A stretch of DNA of 64,000 bases from Patescibacteria group bacterium. GTDB lineage: Bacteria; Patescibacteriota; Minisyncoccia; Phycocordibacterales; Phycocordibacteraceae. Below the pieces are notes generated by a model. The model ran no database searches. It saw nothing but the letters and a program-made list of their open reading frames with translations, and was not told where the DNA came from. The DNA lies in assembly GCA_018971265.1 (NCBI GenBank), contig JAGXBE010000001.1:1051-65050 (forward strand), written 5' to 3'. Positions within the stretch are counted from its first letter, which is position 1, and every line of letters begins with the position of its first letter. Below, piece by piece: positions 30,633-39,127 of this stretch. Made by a program: the position numbers and the translations under genes.

Positions 30633-31715
30633 ATGACTAAGGTTCTCAAGGTCAAAAAGAGCGGAAAAAAAACATCCCAAAGGCGATCCGCTTCCTTTTC
30701 TTTTGATAGCGCCCTGCTCGTAAAGCGCCTCCTTGCTGCGGCTCCAGAACGCGCTCGCGAGGTGCTCGCGCGCCGTTTCGGCCTCGGCACAAACCAAAAG
30801 CGCGAGACTCTTGAGGCCATAGGCGCCCGTTCCGGCATTACGCGCGAACGCGTCCGCCAAATAGAGGCGGTTGGCCTCGAGGCGATTCGTCACAGCAAGC
30901 CCTTCAAGGACGCAAATGCCTCGTTTGAGGAGCTTGCACGGTATATAAAAACTCTTGGCGCTATCGTACCCGAAGATGAACTCATGCAGATGCTCGGTGG
31001 CGATGAAAAGGGCCGCAATCGGTTCCGCTTCTTACTTGTGCTCGACTCCGCTTTTTTTCGCGAACGCGAAACGGACGAGTTCCTTGCGCGCTGGCACGTA
31101 GACAGCGCTACAGCCAAGAGCATTCACAGCGCGCTCTCGAAACTTTACAGCTCTCTCAAGGATAATGACGTGGTCTCAGAGGGCGAGCTTCTCAGCCGTT
31201 TTCTCGATGAACTCAAGGACGTCAACGAGGCATATAAAAATGAAGAAGTTTTGAAGCGATGGCTTTCGCTCTCAAAGCACATCGGAAGTAATCCGCTCTC
31301 CGAGTGGGGTCGAGTGAGCGCACCCGCCATACGCGTCAAGGGCGTCAGAGACTATGCCTATTTGGCTATCAAGCGTCATGGCTCTCCGATGCATTTTTCC
31401 GCGGTTGCCAAAGCAATCGGGACGCTTTTTTCAAAGAAGGCGCACATCGCAACTACGCATAACGAGCTCATTAAAGATCCCCGGTTCGTACTGGTCGGCC
31501 GCGGACTCTATGCTCTTACCGAGTGGGGCTACACGCCGGGCGTGGTACGCGACGTGATTCGCGAAACGCTTCTCGAAAAGGGTCCGATGAAAAAGGAAGA
31601 AATCATCCAGCACGTAAAACGAGCGCGCTTCGTCAAAGACAACACCATTCTCGTCAATCTCAACGACTCGCGATACTTTAAGCGGATGAAAGACGGCCGT
31701 TATACTGCCGTCTAA
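30633..31715 (+). CDS. DNA-binding protein with a sigma-70 region-4-like HTH and a C-terminal HARE-HTH domain
   Basis: ETLEAIGARSGITRERVRQIEAVGLEAI is a region-4 HTH. The C-terminus (MHFSAVAKAIG ... KDPRFVLVGRGLYALTEWGY) matches the HARE-HTH pattern. Confidence 0.55.
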   Translation: MTKVLKVKKSGKKTSQRRSASFSFDSALLVKRLLAAAPERAREVLARRFGLGTNQKRETLEAIGARSGITRERVRQIEAVGLEAIRHSKPFKDANASFEELARYIKTLGAIVPEDELMQMLGGDEKGRNRFRFLLVLDSAFFRERETDEFLARWHVDSATAKSIHSALSKLYSSLKDNDVVSEGELLSRFLDELKDVNEAYKNEEVLKRWLSLSKHIGSNPLSEWGRVSAPAIRVKGVRDYAYLAIKRHGSPMHFSAVAKAIGTLFSKKAHIATTHNELIKDPRFVLVGRGLYALTEWGYTPGVVRDVIRETLLEKGPMKKEEIIQHVKRARFVKDNTILVNLNDSRYFKRMKDGRYTAV

Positions 31716-31831
31716 TCGCCGTGCCCGTAGCGCTTCTCCATCTCTAGAATTAAGCGGACTGTGAGCAAGCGGTCTGTGTCTCCACACTCCTCCGAGGGCG
31801 GTTTGTTGCTATACTTTAGTTACCATAGAGT

Positions 31832-33166
31832 ATGGCGATGAAAAAACTCAAGGAGAAGTTCGGTATCCGTATTATGCCCTGGCCAGTTTTCATGCTCGGC
31901 CTCATGATTCTGTTAACTTCGTTCGTGTTCATGCCCGGCGTCGTCTCGCTCGCTCTCTCATTGGCTCTCTTTCTCGCCCCCGTGTGGCTGCCGTTTCTCC
32001 TTGTCAGTGGTGCGTGGACGCTCTGGATCATTTTCCGGCGTTCGGAATTCATCGCGGAGCAAAATTACATGCTTCTTGAAATTAAACCGCCGCGCGGTCT
32101 TGAAAAGACCCCGCTCGCAATGGAGGCATTTTTCTCCGGCATACACCTCTCCCCGGGTGAAGCCACGTGGTATAAAAAATATATTAAAGGGGCGGTACGT
32201 CCGTGGTGGTCGCTTGAAATAGCTTCTCTGGAAGGAGAGGTGCATTTCTTCATATGGACGCGCGCAGCTTTTCGCAGAATTGTCGAGGCACAGATGTATG
32301 CGCAGTACCCGGGCGTGCAGATAGTCGAGGCCCTCGACTATACGCGTCTCATCACCGCGACATCAAAAGATTGGAGTATTTGGGGTTGCGATTTCGCGCA
32401 TACGGCCGAGGATCCCATTCCCATCAAAACATACATCGAATACGGTCTTGATAAAGTGCAGAAGGAACCGGAACAAGTCGATCCGCTTGCGAACCTTGTT
32501 GAATTTATGGGCTCGATAGGGAAGGGCGAATATCTCTGGCTCCAGCTCATCATCCGCGTCCACAAGGGTGAGAAATACAATAAGTTGAATGCGAGTGGCA
32601 AGGTATATACCTGGAAGGACGAGGCGAGAGATTTGGTACAAAGGCTTCGCGCGGAGACGGTCGGGAAAGTAAAATATAAAGATATATTTACCGGCGAGAC
32701 GCGCGAAACCGACGGATTTCCGAACCCGACAAAAGGTCAGTCGGAGAAAATGGCCGCCATTGAACGCAACGTTTCGAAGCTTGGTTTTGACGTGGGCGCG
32801 CGGGGCGTGTACCTGGCGCGACCGGAAAAGTTCGATCCGATAATGATTTCCGGTTTGACGGGCATCTTCAAGCAGTTTTCTTCGGAAGGATGGAATGGAT
32901 TCAGACCGAGCGGGTGGATGACCGAGTTCGACGACTATCCTTGGGAGTTCGGCGTGAGCAAGCTGAAAGATAAATATAGGACTTGGCTTATCGACGCATA
33001 TCGCCGCCGCCAATTTTTTCACGACCCCTTCAAAAAGGATGCCATGGTGATGAGTACCGAGGAGCTCGCGACCATTTTTCATATTCCTTCACGCGCAATC
33101 GGTACACCGTCTCTCGCGCGCATTCAGTCAGCTACGAGCGAGGCGCCCGCGAATCTTCCGGTCTGA
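31832..33166 (+). CDS. membrane-anchored protein (2 N-terminal TM helices) homologous to the N-terminal domain of the 490-3261 ATPase
   Basis: Two TM helices, then a soluble region that aligns with the pre-ATPase domain of the 957-aa protein. WSLEIASLEGEVHFFIW ... YAQYPGVQI pairs with YALELAVPADSPELQFYAAV ... IFPDAHI. MSTEELATIFHIPS pairs with SLRELTTIYHFPPS. Confidence 0.55.
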   Translation: MAMKKLKEKFGIRIMPWPVFMLGLMILLTSFVFMPGVVSLALSLALFLAPVWLPFLLVSGAWTLWIIFRRSEFIAEQNYMLLEIKPPRGLEKTPLAMEAFFSGIHLSPGEATWYKKYIKGAVRPWWSLEIASLEGEVHFFIWTRAAFRRIVEAQMYAQYPGVQIVEALDYTRLITATSKDWSIWGCDFAHTAEDPIPIKTYIEYGLDKVQKEPEQVDPLANLVEFMGSIGKGEYLWLQLIIRVHKGEKYNKLNASGKVYTWKDEARDLVQRLRAETVGKVKYKDIFTGETRETDGFPNPTKGQSEKMAAIERNVSKLGFDVGARGVYLARPEKFDPIMISGLTGIFKQFSSEGWNGFRPSGWMTEFDDYPWEFGVSKLKDKYRTWLIDAYRRRQFFHDPFKKDAMVMSTEELATIFHIPSRAIGTPSLARIQSATSEAPANLPV

Positions 33167-33167
33167 T

Positions 33168-34175
33168 ATGGGTTTCCTCGAACGCCTTTCCTTGGCGACT
33201 TTCTCCGCGCTCCAGTTCCACTTCTTGCGCTTTTTCCGACAGTGGGTGGCAGTGCTCGCGTCCATTATTCTCTTTTTCGGAGCAGGGTATTTCCTCCTTG
33301 CGCCCCCGCAATTTACCGGGATAAAGACAATCGTCATTGCGCAAGGTGCATCACTCCGCACCGTTGCCGGAGAACTTGCGGATGCGCACGTCATTTCGTA
33401 CCCGCTGGTCTTACGACTCTTGCTGCAAGGAAGCGGCGAAGACAGTCACATACAAGCCGGAGCGTATCGCTTTGACGCACCTGAGAATCTCCTCCTCGTC
33501 ATGCACACAATCATTACTGCGGGGTACAGCATCCCCCCGGTTCGCATTACGTTTCCTGAGGGAGCTACCGTGCGGGATATGGCAGCACGAATTGCCGAAG
33601 CACTACCGAGTATATCCGCAACGGACTTTCTTGCGTCGGGGCAGCCATACGAGGGCTACCTTTTCCCCGACACCTATCACTTCTCCTCCTCTGCAGATGT
33701 TTCGTCGATACTAAGGGCGATGCGCGCGAATTTTACCGCGAAGACGACACCGCTCACGGGTGAGATAACCGCCTCCGGCCACTCGCTTTCCGACGCCGTC
33801 ATCATGGCGTCCTTGCTCGAGAAAGAGGCGCGCACGAGTGTGGTCAGACGCATGATCTCGGGCATTCTCTGGAATCGCCTGCAGCGCGGCATGCCGCTCC
33901 AGGTGGACGCGGTTTTCGGCTATATTTATGGCCGCGACACCTACGCGCCTTCTCTTACGGACCTGCGTGTTAACTCGCCCTACAATACCTATACCCACAA
34001 GGGCCTTCCGCCCGGCCCCATCGATAATCCCGGTCTCGACTCGCTTGAAGCAGCGATACATCCGACCCCGACGAAATATCTTTATTATCTCACTGACAAG
34101 GAGGGCGTCATGCACTATGCGACGACCTACGCCGCTCACGAAGCCAACCGTAGAAAATATTTGCAGCCATATTAG
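33168..34175 (+). CDS. mltG: endolytic murein transglycosylase (YceG family)
   Basis: N-terminal TM, then a YceG-like domain (IIGGASLRTV ... GAYRF ... YYLTDKEGVMHYATTYAAH). Confidence 0.75.
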   Translation: MGFLERLSLATFSALQFHFLRFFRQWVAVLASIILFFGAGYFLLAPPQFTGIKTIVIAQGASLRTVAGELADAHVISYPLVLRLLLQGSGEDSHIQAGAYRFDAPENLLLVMHTIITAGYSIPPVRITFPEGATVRDMAARIAEALPSISATDFLASGQPYEGYLFPDTYHFSSSADVSSILRAMRANFTAKTTPLTGEITASGHSLSDAVIMASLLEKEARTSVVRRMISGILWNRLQRGMPLQVDAVFGYIYGRDTYAPSLTDLRVNSPYNTYTHKGLPPGPIDNPGLDSLEAAIHPTPTKYLYYLTDKEGVMHYATTYAAHEANRRKYLQPY

Positions 34176-34178
34176 AAT

Positions 34179-35306
34179 GTGCCGATGAATGTACGCGGAA
34201 AGAAAATATATGTAGGGCTCTCGGGCGGTGTCGATTCCGCAGTATCGGCCGCGCTTTTGAAGCGGGCAGGCGCTCTCGTCACCGGAGTGTTCATTAAGGG
34301 ATGGTATCCGCCCGGAATGCCGTGCACATGGGCAGCCGACCGGCGAGATGCGATGCGCGTGGCGGCGCGGCTCCATATACCGTTCCACACGCTCGACGCA
34401 AGCGCCGAGTACAAAAAAAGCGTCATCGACTATTTGCTTGCAGAGTACCGGGCGGGACGAACACCGAACCCCGACGTCATGTGCAATAAAGAAATAAAGT
34501 TCGGGGTTTTTTATCGGTACGCGCTCCGCGCCGGCGCCGAGTATATCGCGACGGGGCATTACGCACAGACGGCGAATTCAGAGTTGGCTGCGAAAAAGTC
34601 CTCGGATCTCTTCGCCCCCGGCTCGGCCAGACTTCTTTCTCTTCCTCGCCAACATCTGAATTCACCGCTCATGCGGGGAATCGATACAGAAAAAGATCAA
34701 AGTTATTTTCTTTGGGCAGTCCCTCGGGTTGTTCTTGCACGGACGCTCTTTCCCGTAGGGAATATGGAAAAGAGCAGGGTTCGCTCGCTCGCCAGGAAGT
34801 TTGGCATCCCGGTCGCCCAAAAAAAGGATAGTCAAGGAGTCTGCTTTATAGGCGACGTCTCGGTTGACGAATTCTTGCGAAGCGAGTTCGGCGAAGCACC
34901 CGGGCGGGCATATGACGAAAAAGGACGGCTTGTAGGCCAGCATGACAGCGCGCTTCTCTACACTATAGGCGAACGCGTTGCCTTACGAGGGGCGAGTGGA
35001 GGAGGTGGTCCTTGGTTCGTTTACAAAAAAGACATCGCGAAAAATGAGCTTTCAGTGCGGAAAACGCGCCTCCTGAATCCCGCCGGTGCTTTTCTAGAGA
35101 TTTCGTTTACCGACAGCAACTGGCTTCACGAACCCGTTGGAGTTTTAAAAGCCCAGTGCCGCTATCGAGGGGAGCGCATCTCTGGACGTGTCGAAAAAGG
35201 ACGTTTTATTAGCGCCGCGCCGTTTCTCGAGCAACCCGTTCCCGGCCAGTCAATCGTTTTTTACCGAAATGACGAACTCATTGGCGGTGGTATTATCTCT
35301 GCATGA
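34179..35306 (+). CDS. mnmA: tRNA-specific 2-thiouridylase
   Basis: PP-loop (YVGLSGGVDSAV) and the rest of the MnmA architecture. Confidence 0.9.
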   Translation: MPMNVRGKKIYVGLSGGVDSAVSAALLKRAGALVTGVFIKGWYPPGMPCTWAADRRDAMRVAARLHIPFHTLDASAEYKKSVIDYLLAEYRAGRTPNPDVMCNKEIKFGVFYRYALRAGAEYIATGHYAQTANSELAAKKSSDLFAPGSARLLSLPRQHLNSPLMRGIDTEKDQSYFLWAVPRVVLARTLFPVGNMEKSRVRSLARKFGIPVAQKKDSQGVCFIGDVSVDEFLRSEFGEAPGRAYDEKGRLVGQHDSALLYTIGERVALRGASGGGGPWFVYKKDIAKNELSVRKTRLLNPAGAFLEISFTDSNWLHEPVGVLKAQCRYRGERISGRVEKGRFISAAPFLEQPVPGQSIVFYRNDELIGGGIISA

Positions 35307-35716
35307 AGCACGTACCCCTGCGCTTTGCCGCAACAATAATCGCACTTATAATTGTTGCCGCCTTTGTTCTTTCAGTCCCGCATACTCAAGATGAGACAAA
35401 AACCCCAAAAAGGAACGACACGCCCCAAAGCATCCCGAAAGTCACGCTGCGAGACGCCTTTAAAAAGAATTTGCACACGATCACCGGCTCGATCGAAGCT
35501 CCTAATGCGTGCGCCGTGGTGAACGCGAGCGCTACGGTTGCCGGCACGGCATCAAGCACGGGAAGCATACTCATAGCGGTTTCCTTGTCGACCGACACGG
35601 GCGTATGCCTCCAATTACCAACGAACATTAGCTTCGAAGCGGCCGTTACCGCACCTGCCAATTTCCCACTTGAAGCGACGGTGAATGGCGTTGCCGCTTC
35701 CACGACCGTTTTATGA
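35303..35716 (+). CDS. hypothetical membrane-anchored or secreted protein
   Basis: N-terminal TM/signal then a Thr/Ser/Ala-rich region. Confidence 0.4.
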   Translation: MKHVPLRFAATIIALIIVAAFVLSVPHTQDETKTPKRNDTPQSIPKVTLRDAFKKNLHTITGSIEAPNACAVVNASATVAGTASSTGSILIAVSLSTDTGVCLQLPTNISFEAAVTAPANFPLEATVNGVAASTTVL

Positions 35717-36582
35717 CATCATTGCCCACGATTACCAAGGCCGACGGATCGAGCGAAACCTTCGACCCATCACGCCTACGCGCGTCACTCGAGCGTTCCG
35801 GCGCGGGCGCATATACGGCGGAGCGCATTGCTGAAGCAGTCACAAGCACCGTTACCCCGGGTGCCGCGTCAAGAGAAATTTATTCTCGCGCTTTTGCACT
35901 CTTGCGTAAAGAGGGGCGTCCGATTGCCGCCCGTTACGCACTGCGACGCGCGCTCCTCGAACTCGGCCCCTCTGGGCACCCTTTCGAGGATCTTATATCT
36001 CATTTGTTTCGCGCGGAAGGATGGCAGGTCGAAACACGCAAAATAATCCAAGGGAAGTGCGTGCAGCACGAAACCGATTTTTACGCTTCGCACCCCGAAC
36101 GCGGAGAGTATCTCGCCGCCGAGCTCAAGTACCACAACGATCCCGGCTATAAGACAGATTTAAAGATCGCGCTATACGTGAAAAGCCGTTTTGACGATAT
36201 TTTTGCTTGCGATCCTGCAGTCCGCGCATGTCCAATCGATCGCGGTCTCCTGGTTACGAATACCAAATTCACCTCCGAGGCGATCTCGTATGCTCAGTGC
36301 TCAGGCGTTGAACTTTTGGGTTGGGGTTATCCGGCAAATGACAATCTCTTTATGCGGATGAGCCGCGCAAAAGTGTATCCGATTACGACGCTTACCGGCA
36401 TTACGCGTTCTGAAAAACGGCTCCTTATCGAACACGGTGTCATCGCTGTCGACGAAATAATGAAAAATCGCCGTATACTGGATATACTTCATCTTCCAAG
36501 CGAAAGAATCGGCCGGCTTCTCGCCGAGGCGGATGGACTTCTCGCGTTTTCCCACTCGTCTCATGCTACTGTTTTCTCATGA
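35713..36582 (+). CDS. ATP-cone domain fused to an Mrr-like (PD-(D/E)XK) restriction endonuclease domain
   Basis: The N-terminus (ITKADGSSETFDPSRLRASLERSG) resembles the ATP-cone of NrdR/RNR. The core shows ETD ... AELK ... LLVTNTKFTSEAISYAQ, as in the Mrr catalytic domain. Confidence 0.6.
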   Translation: MTSLPTITKADGSSETFDPSRLRASLERSGAGAYTAERIAEAVTSTVTPGAASREIYSRAFALLRKEGRPIAARYALRRALLELGPSGHPFEDLISHLFRAEGWQVETRKIIQGKCVQHETDFYASHPERGEYLAAELKYHNDPGYKTDLKIALYVKSRFDDIFACDPAVRACPIDRGLLVTNTKFTSEAISYAQCSGVELLGWGYPANDNLFMRMSRAKVYPITTLTGITRSEKRLLIEHGVIAVDEIMKNRRILDILHLPSERIGRLLAEADGLLAFSHSSHATVFS

Positions 36583-37055
36583 CCCATCGCTTCTCAACGG
36601 TATCTTTTGCTGGCGGAATTGCTTTCGGCATCATGCTCGCGAGCGCGTGGTTTCTGACCGGCGGACTCGTACCTTTGCAGGTATCCTACTTCCCGTCTCT
36701 TGCAACAAGCACTCCACCCGCGTCCGCCCAAAGTGGAGCTATTTCCGTTATTGACCAACATTCGGGCAACACGGTAATCGTCGAGTCGGTCACCGTACCG
36801 CCGCCGGGTGTCTGGGTTGCCGTCCGCGAAATGAGCGGGAACAATCTTGGAAATGTTCTCGGGGCAGTTCGAGCAGGCGGTCCGCGCACCAACATCTCCG
36901 TACCTCTCTTGCGTGCGACGGAGCCGAATCGTACCTATGCGGTTGAGCTCTATAGGGACGACAGCAACGGCCCCTTCGACCTTGCCGCTGACAGTGTGTA
37001 TGTTGACTTTGATACTGGGAGACGGGTAGTCGCGTATTTTACGACAACCGAATAA
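36579..37055 (+). CDS. hypothetical exported protein
   Basis: N-terminal TM/signal and a beta-rich composition. Confidence 0.4.
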   Translation: MTHRFSTVSFAGGIAFGIMLASAWFLTGGLVPLQVSYFPSLATSTPPASAQSGAISVIDQHSGNTVIVESVTVPPPGVWVAVREMSGNNLGNVLGAVRAGGPRTNISVPLLRATEPNRTYAVELYRDDSNGPFDLAADSVYVDFDTGRRVVAYFTTTE

Positions 37056-37056
37056 C

Positions 37057-37854
37057 ATGGCCCCGAAAGAATACAAACCGAAAGCAGGCTACGGACCATT
37101 TGATCCAGCGGGGACCGAACCGTTCAGGGTGAGTCGTTCGAAAATCGACCTTTTTACCGAATGTCCGCGTTGCGCCTACCTGGACCTGCGGCTCGGCGTT
37201 AAACGACCCTCGGGCCCCTCCTTCACGCTCAATAATGCCGTTGATGAGCTCCTGAAACGCGAGTTCGATATCCATCGCGCGAAAGGCACTCAACATCCTT
37301 TGTTGAAACTCTACGGTGTCGATGCGATTCCGCTTGCAGACGAACGTCTCGAGGAGTGGCGCGACGCGCTGCGCCGAGGCATCAGCTATTTACACGTGTC
37401 GACAAACCTTTTCATACGAGGCGGTATTGATGATGTGTGGATCAATCCCGCAGGAGAGCTCATCATCGTTGACTACAAAGCCACCAGCAAAAAAGAAGGG
37501 CCGAGCAAAGAGGAGGACTTGTACGCTTCGTACAAGCGGCAGATGGAAATCTATCAGTGGCTCTTTCGCAAGAACGGGTTTTCGGTATCGCCAGCCGGTT
37601 ATTTTGTCTATGTCAACGGGCGTGCCGACGCCAAAGCGTTCGACGGTAAGCTTGAGTTTGATATAGTGCTCATCCCATATGCGGGCGACGACGCCTGGAT
37701 CGAACCGGCTCTTGTAAAAATGAAAGAAATGCTCGTGAGCGAGGAAATTCCTGGAATCGGCACTTCGTTTAGCGGCGGGCCCTGCGAGTACTGTACCTAC
37801 CGCGAAGCCGCCGGCAAGAAACTGCTCGCGCTCCATCAGAAGGGGAAGAAATAA
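37057..37854 (+). CDS. PD-(D/E)XK nuclease, RecB/Cas4-like, with four Cys (CPRC ... CEYC) for a possible Fe-S cluster
   Basis: Motif II is GGIDDVW, motif III is IVDYK, and a QhxxY motif (RQMEIYQW) follows. Cys pairs at both termini resemble Cas4/AddB nuclease domains. No CRISPR array or cas genes are nearby. Confidence 0.6.
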   Translation: MAPKEYKPKAGYGPFDPAGTEPFRVSRSKIDLFTECPRCAYLDLRLGVKRPSGPSFTLNNAVDELLKREFDIHRAKGTQHPLLKLYGVDAIPLADERLEEWRDALRRGISYLHVSTNLFIRGGIDDVWINPAGELIIVDYKATSKKEGPSKEEDLYASYKRQMEIYQWLFRKNGFSVSPAGYFVYVNGRADAKAFDGKLEFDIVLIPYAGDDAWIEPALVKMKEMLVSEEIPGIGTSFSGGPCEYCTYREAAGKKLLALHQKGKK

Positions 37855-38522
37855 TGGAAGTGAAAATTGATTCGTCGTGGAAGAAACATCTTGCGAACGA
37901 ATTCGCGCAGCCGTACTTTGCGGAACTGGCCGCGTTTGTGAAGAAGGAATATGAAGACGAGGCCGTCTATCCGCAGCCGAAAAATATCTTCCGCGCATTC
38001 GACCTTTGTCCGTTTGGAAAAGTGAAGGTGGTTATCTTGGGACAGGATCCGTATCACGGAAAAGGGCAGGCAAACGGACTCGCTTTCGCCGTTGATGAGG
38101 TACAGACGATACCGCCTTCGCTCCAGAACATCTTTAAAGAAATAGAGAGCGATTTCGGAAAGCCGCTCATGCACCGCGACGGCGATCTCACCCGATGGGC
38201 CGTCCAGGGAGTTCTCTTGCTGAACGCGACCCTCACCGTGCGCGCGCATCAGGCCGGCTCGCACCAAGGACGGGGCTGGGAAGAGTTGACCGACGCCGCC
38301 GTGCGCGCGCTCTCGGAGGAGCGTGAGCATTTGATCTTCATGCTCTGGGGCAACTACGCCAGAGCGAAAGGAGCGCATATCGATAGAAATAGGCACCTCG
38401 TCCTTGAGGCACCGCACCCGTCGCCCTTCTCCGCCGCGAGCGGCTTTTTCGGCTCTCGGCATTTCAGTCGCGCGAATGAATACCTCATCGCTCACGGGGA
38501 AACCCCGATCGACTGGCTCTAG
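37854..38522 (+). CDS. ung: uracil-DNA glycosylase (family 1)
   Basis: GQDPYHGKGQANGLAFAV, the water-activating motif, and the HPSPFSA leucine-loop region. Confidence 0.9.
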   Translation: MEVKIDSSWKKHLANEFAQPYFAELAAFVKKEYEDEAVYPQPKNIFRAFDLCPFGKVKVVILGQDPYHGKGQANGLAFAVDEVQTIPPSLQNIFKEIESDFGKPLMHRDGDLTRWAVQGVLLLNATLTVRAHQAGSHQGRGWEELTDAAVRALSEEREHLIFMLWGNYARAKGAHIDRNRHLVLEAPHPSPFSAASGFFGSRHFSRANEYLIAHGETPIDWL

Positions 38523-38525
38523 ATC

Positions 38526-39122
38526 TTGCGTATACTCAACCTCATGAACCACACGCCACAAATAAAAAAAGCGATCCAGTTCGCCGCACGGAAGCACCAT
38601 GGCCAGATGCGTCTTGAGACGGAACCGTTGCCGTATGTGACGCATCTTTTTTCGACGGCGCTTCTCGTTGCCGAAGACGGCGCAGGGGACGACGTTATCA
38701 CGGCGGCGCTTTTGCACGATACGCTCGAAGATACCGGCACCACGCGCGAGGAACTCATGGACGCGTTCAGCGAACGCGTCGCGGAACTTGTCGAATCGGT
38801 GAGTGAGGTCAAAGAGAAAGACGGAAAAAAACTCAATTGGAAAGAACGCAAGGTAGACTATCTCATGCGCCTTGAGGATGCGGACAGCGATGCAGTACTC
38901 ATCGCCATTGCCGACAAAATAGACAATATCGAGAGCAAGCTCGAGGCGCTTGAAAAAGAGGGTGCAGCGCTTCTTGCGCGCTGGAAGCAGCCGGTAGAAG
39001 AGTACTTGTGGTACCACGGCGAGGCGCTCCGCATCGCACAGAAACGACTGCCGGAACATCGGCTCACGAAACGTCTCGCTGAAATACACGCAAAAGAAAA
39101 GAAGATGCTCTCGGGGAGATAA
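38526..39122 (+). CDS. HD-domain hydrolase related to the RelA/SpoT hydrolase domain (small alarmone (p)ppGpp hydrolase-like)
   Basis: HHGQMR ... YVTHLFSTA ... DDVITAALLHDTLEDTGTT matches the RelA/SpoT HD motifs. No synthetase domain is present. Confidence 0.65.
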   Translation: MRILNLMNHTPQIKKAIQFAARKHHGQMRLETEPLPYVTHLFSTALLVAEDGAGDDVITAALLHDTLEDTGTTREELMDAFSERVAELVESVSEVKEKDGKKLNWKERKVDYLMRLEDADSDAVLIAIADKIDNIESKLEALEKEGAALLARWKQPVEEYLWYHGEALRIAQKRLPEHRLTKRLAEIHAKEKKMLSGR

Positions 39123-39127
39123 CCCTA

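Noticed and set aside
33711-34559. 282-aa minus-strand ORF over the mltG/mnmA junction
   Set aside because: Antisense to mnmA (PP-loop) and the mltG 3' end. No motifs.
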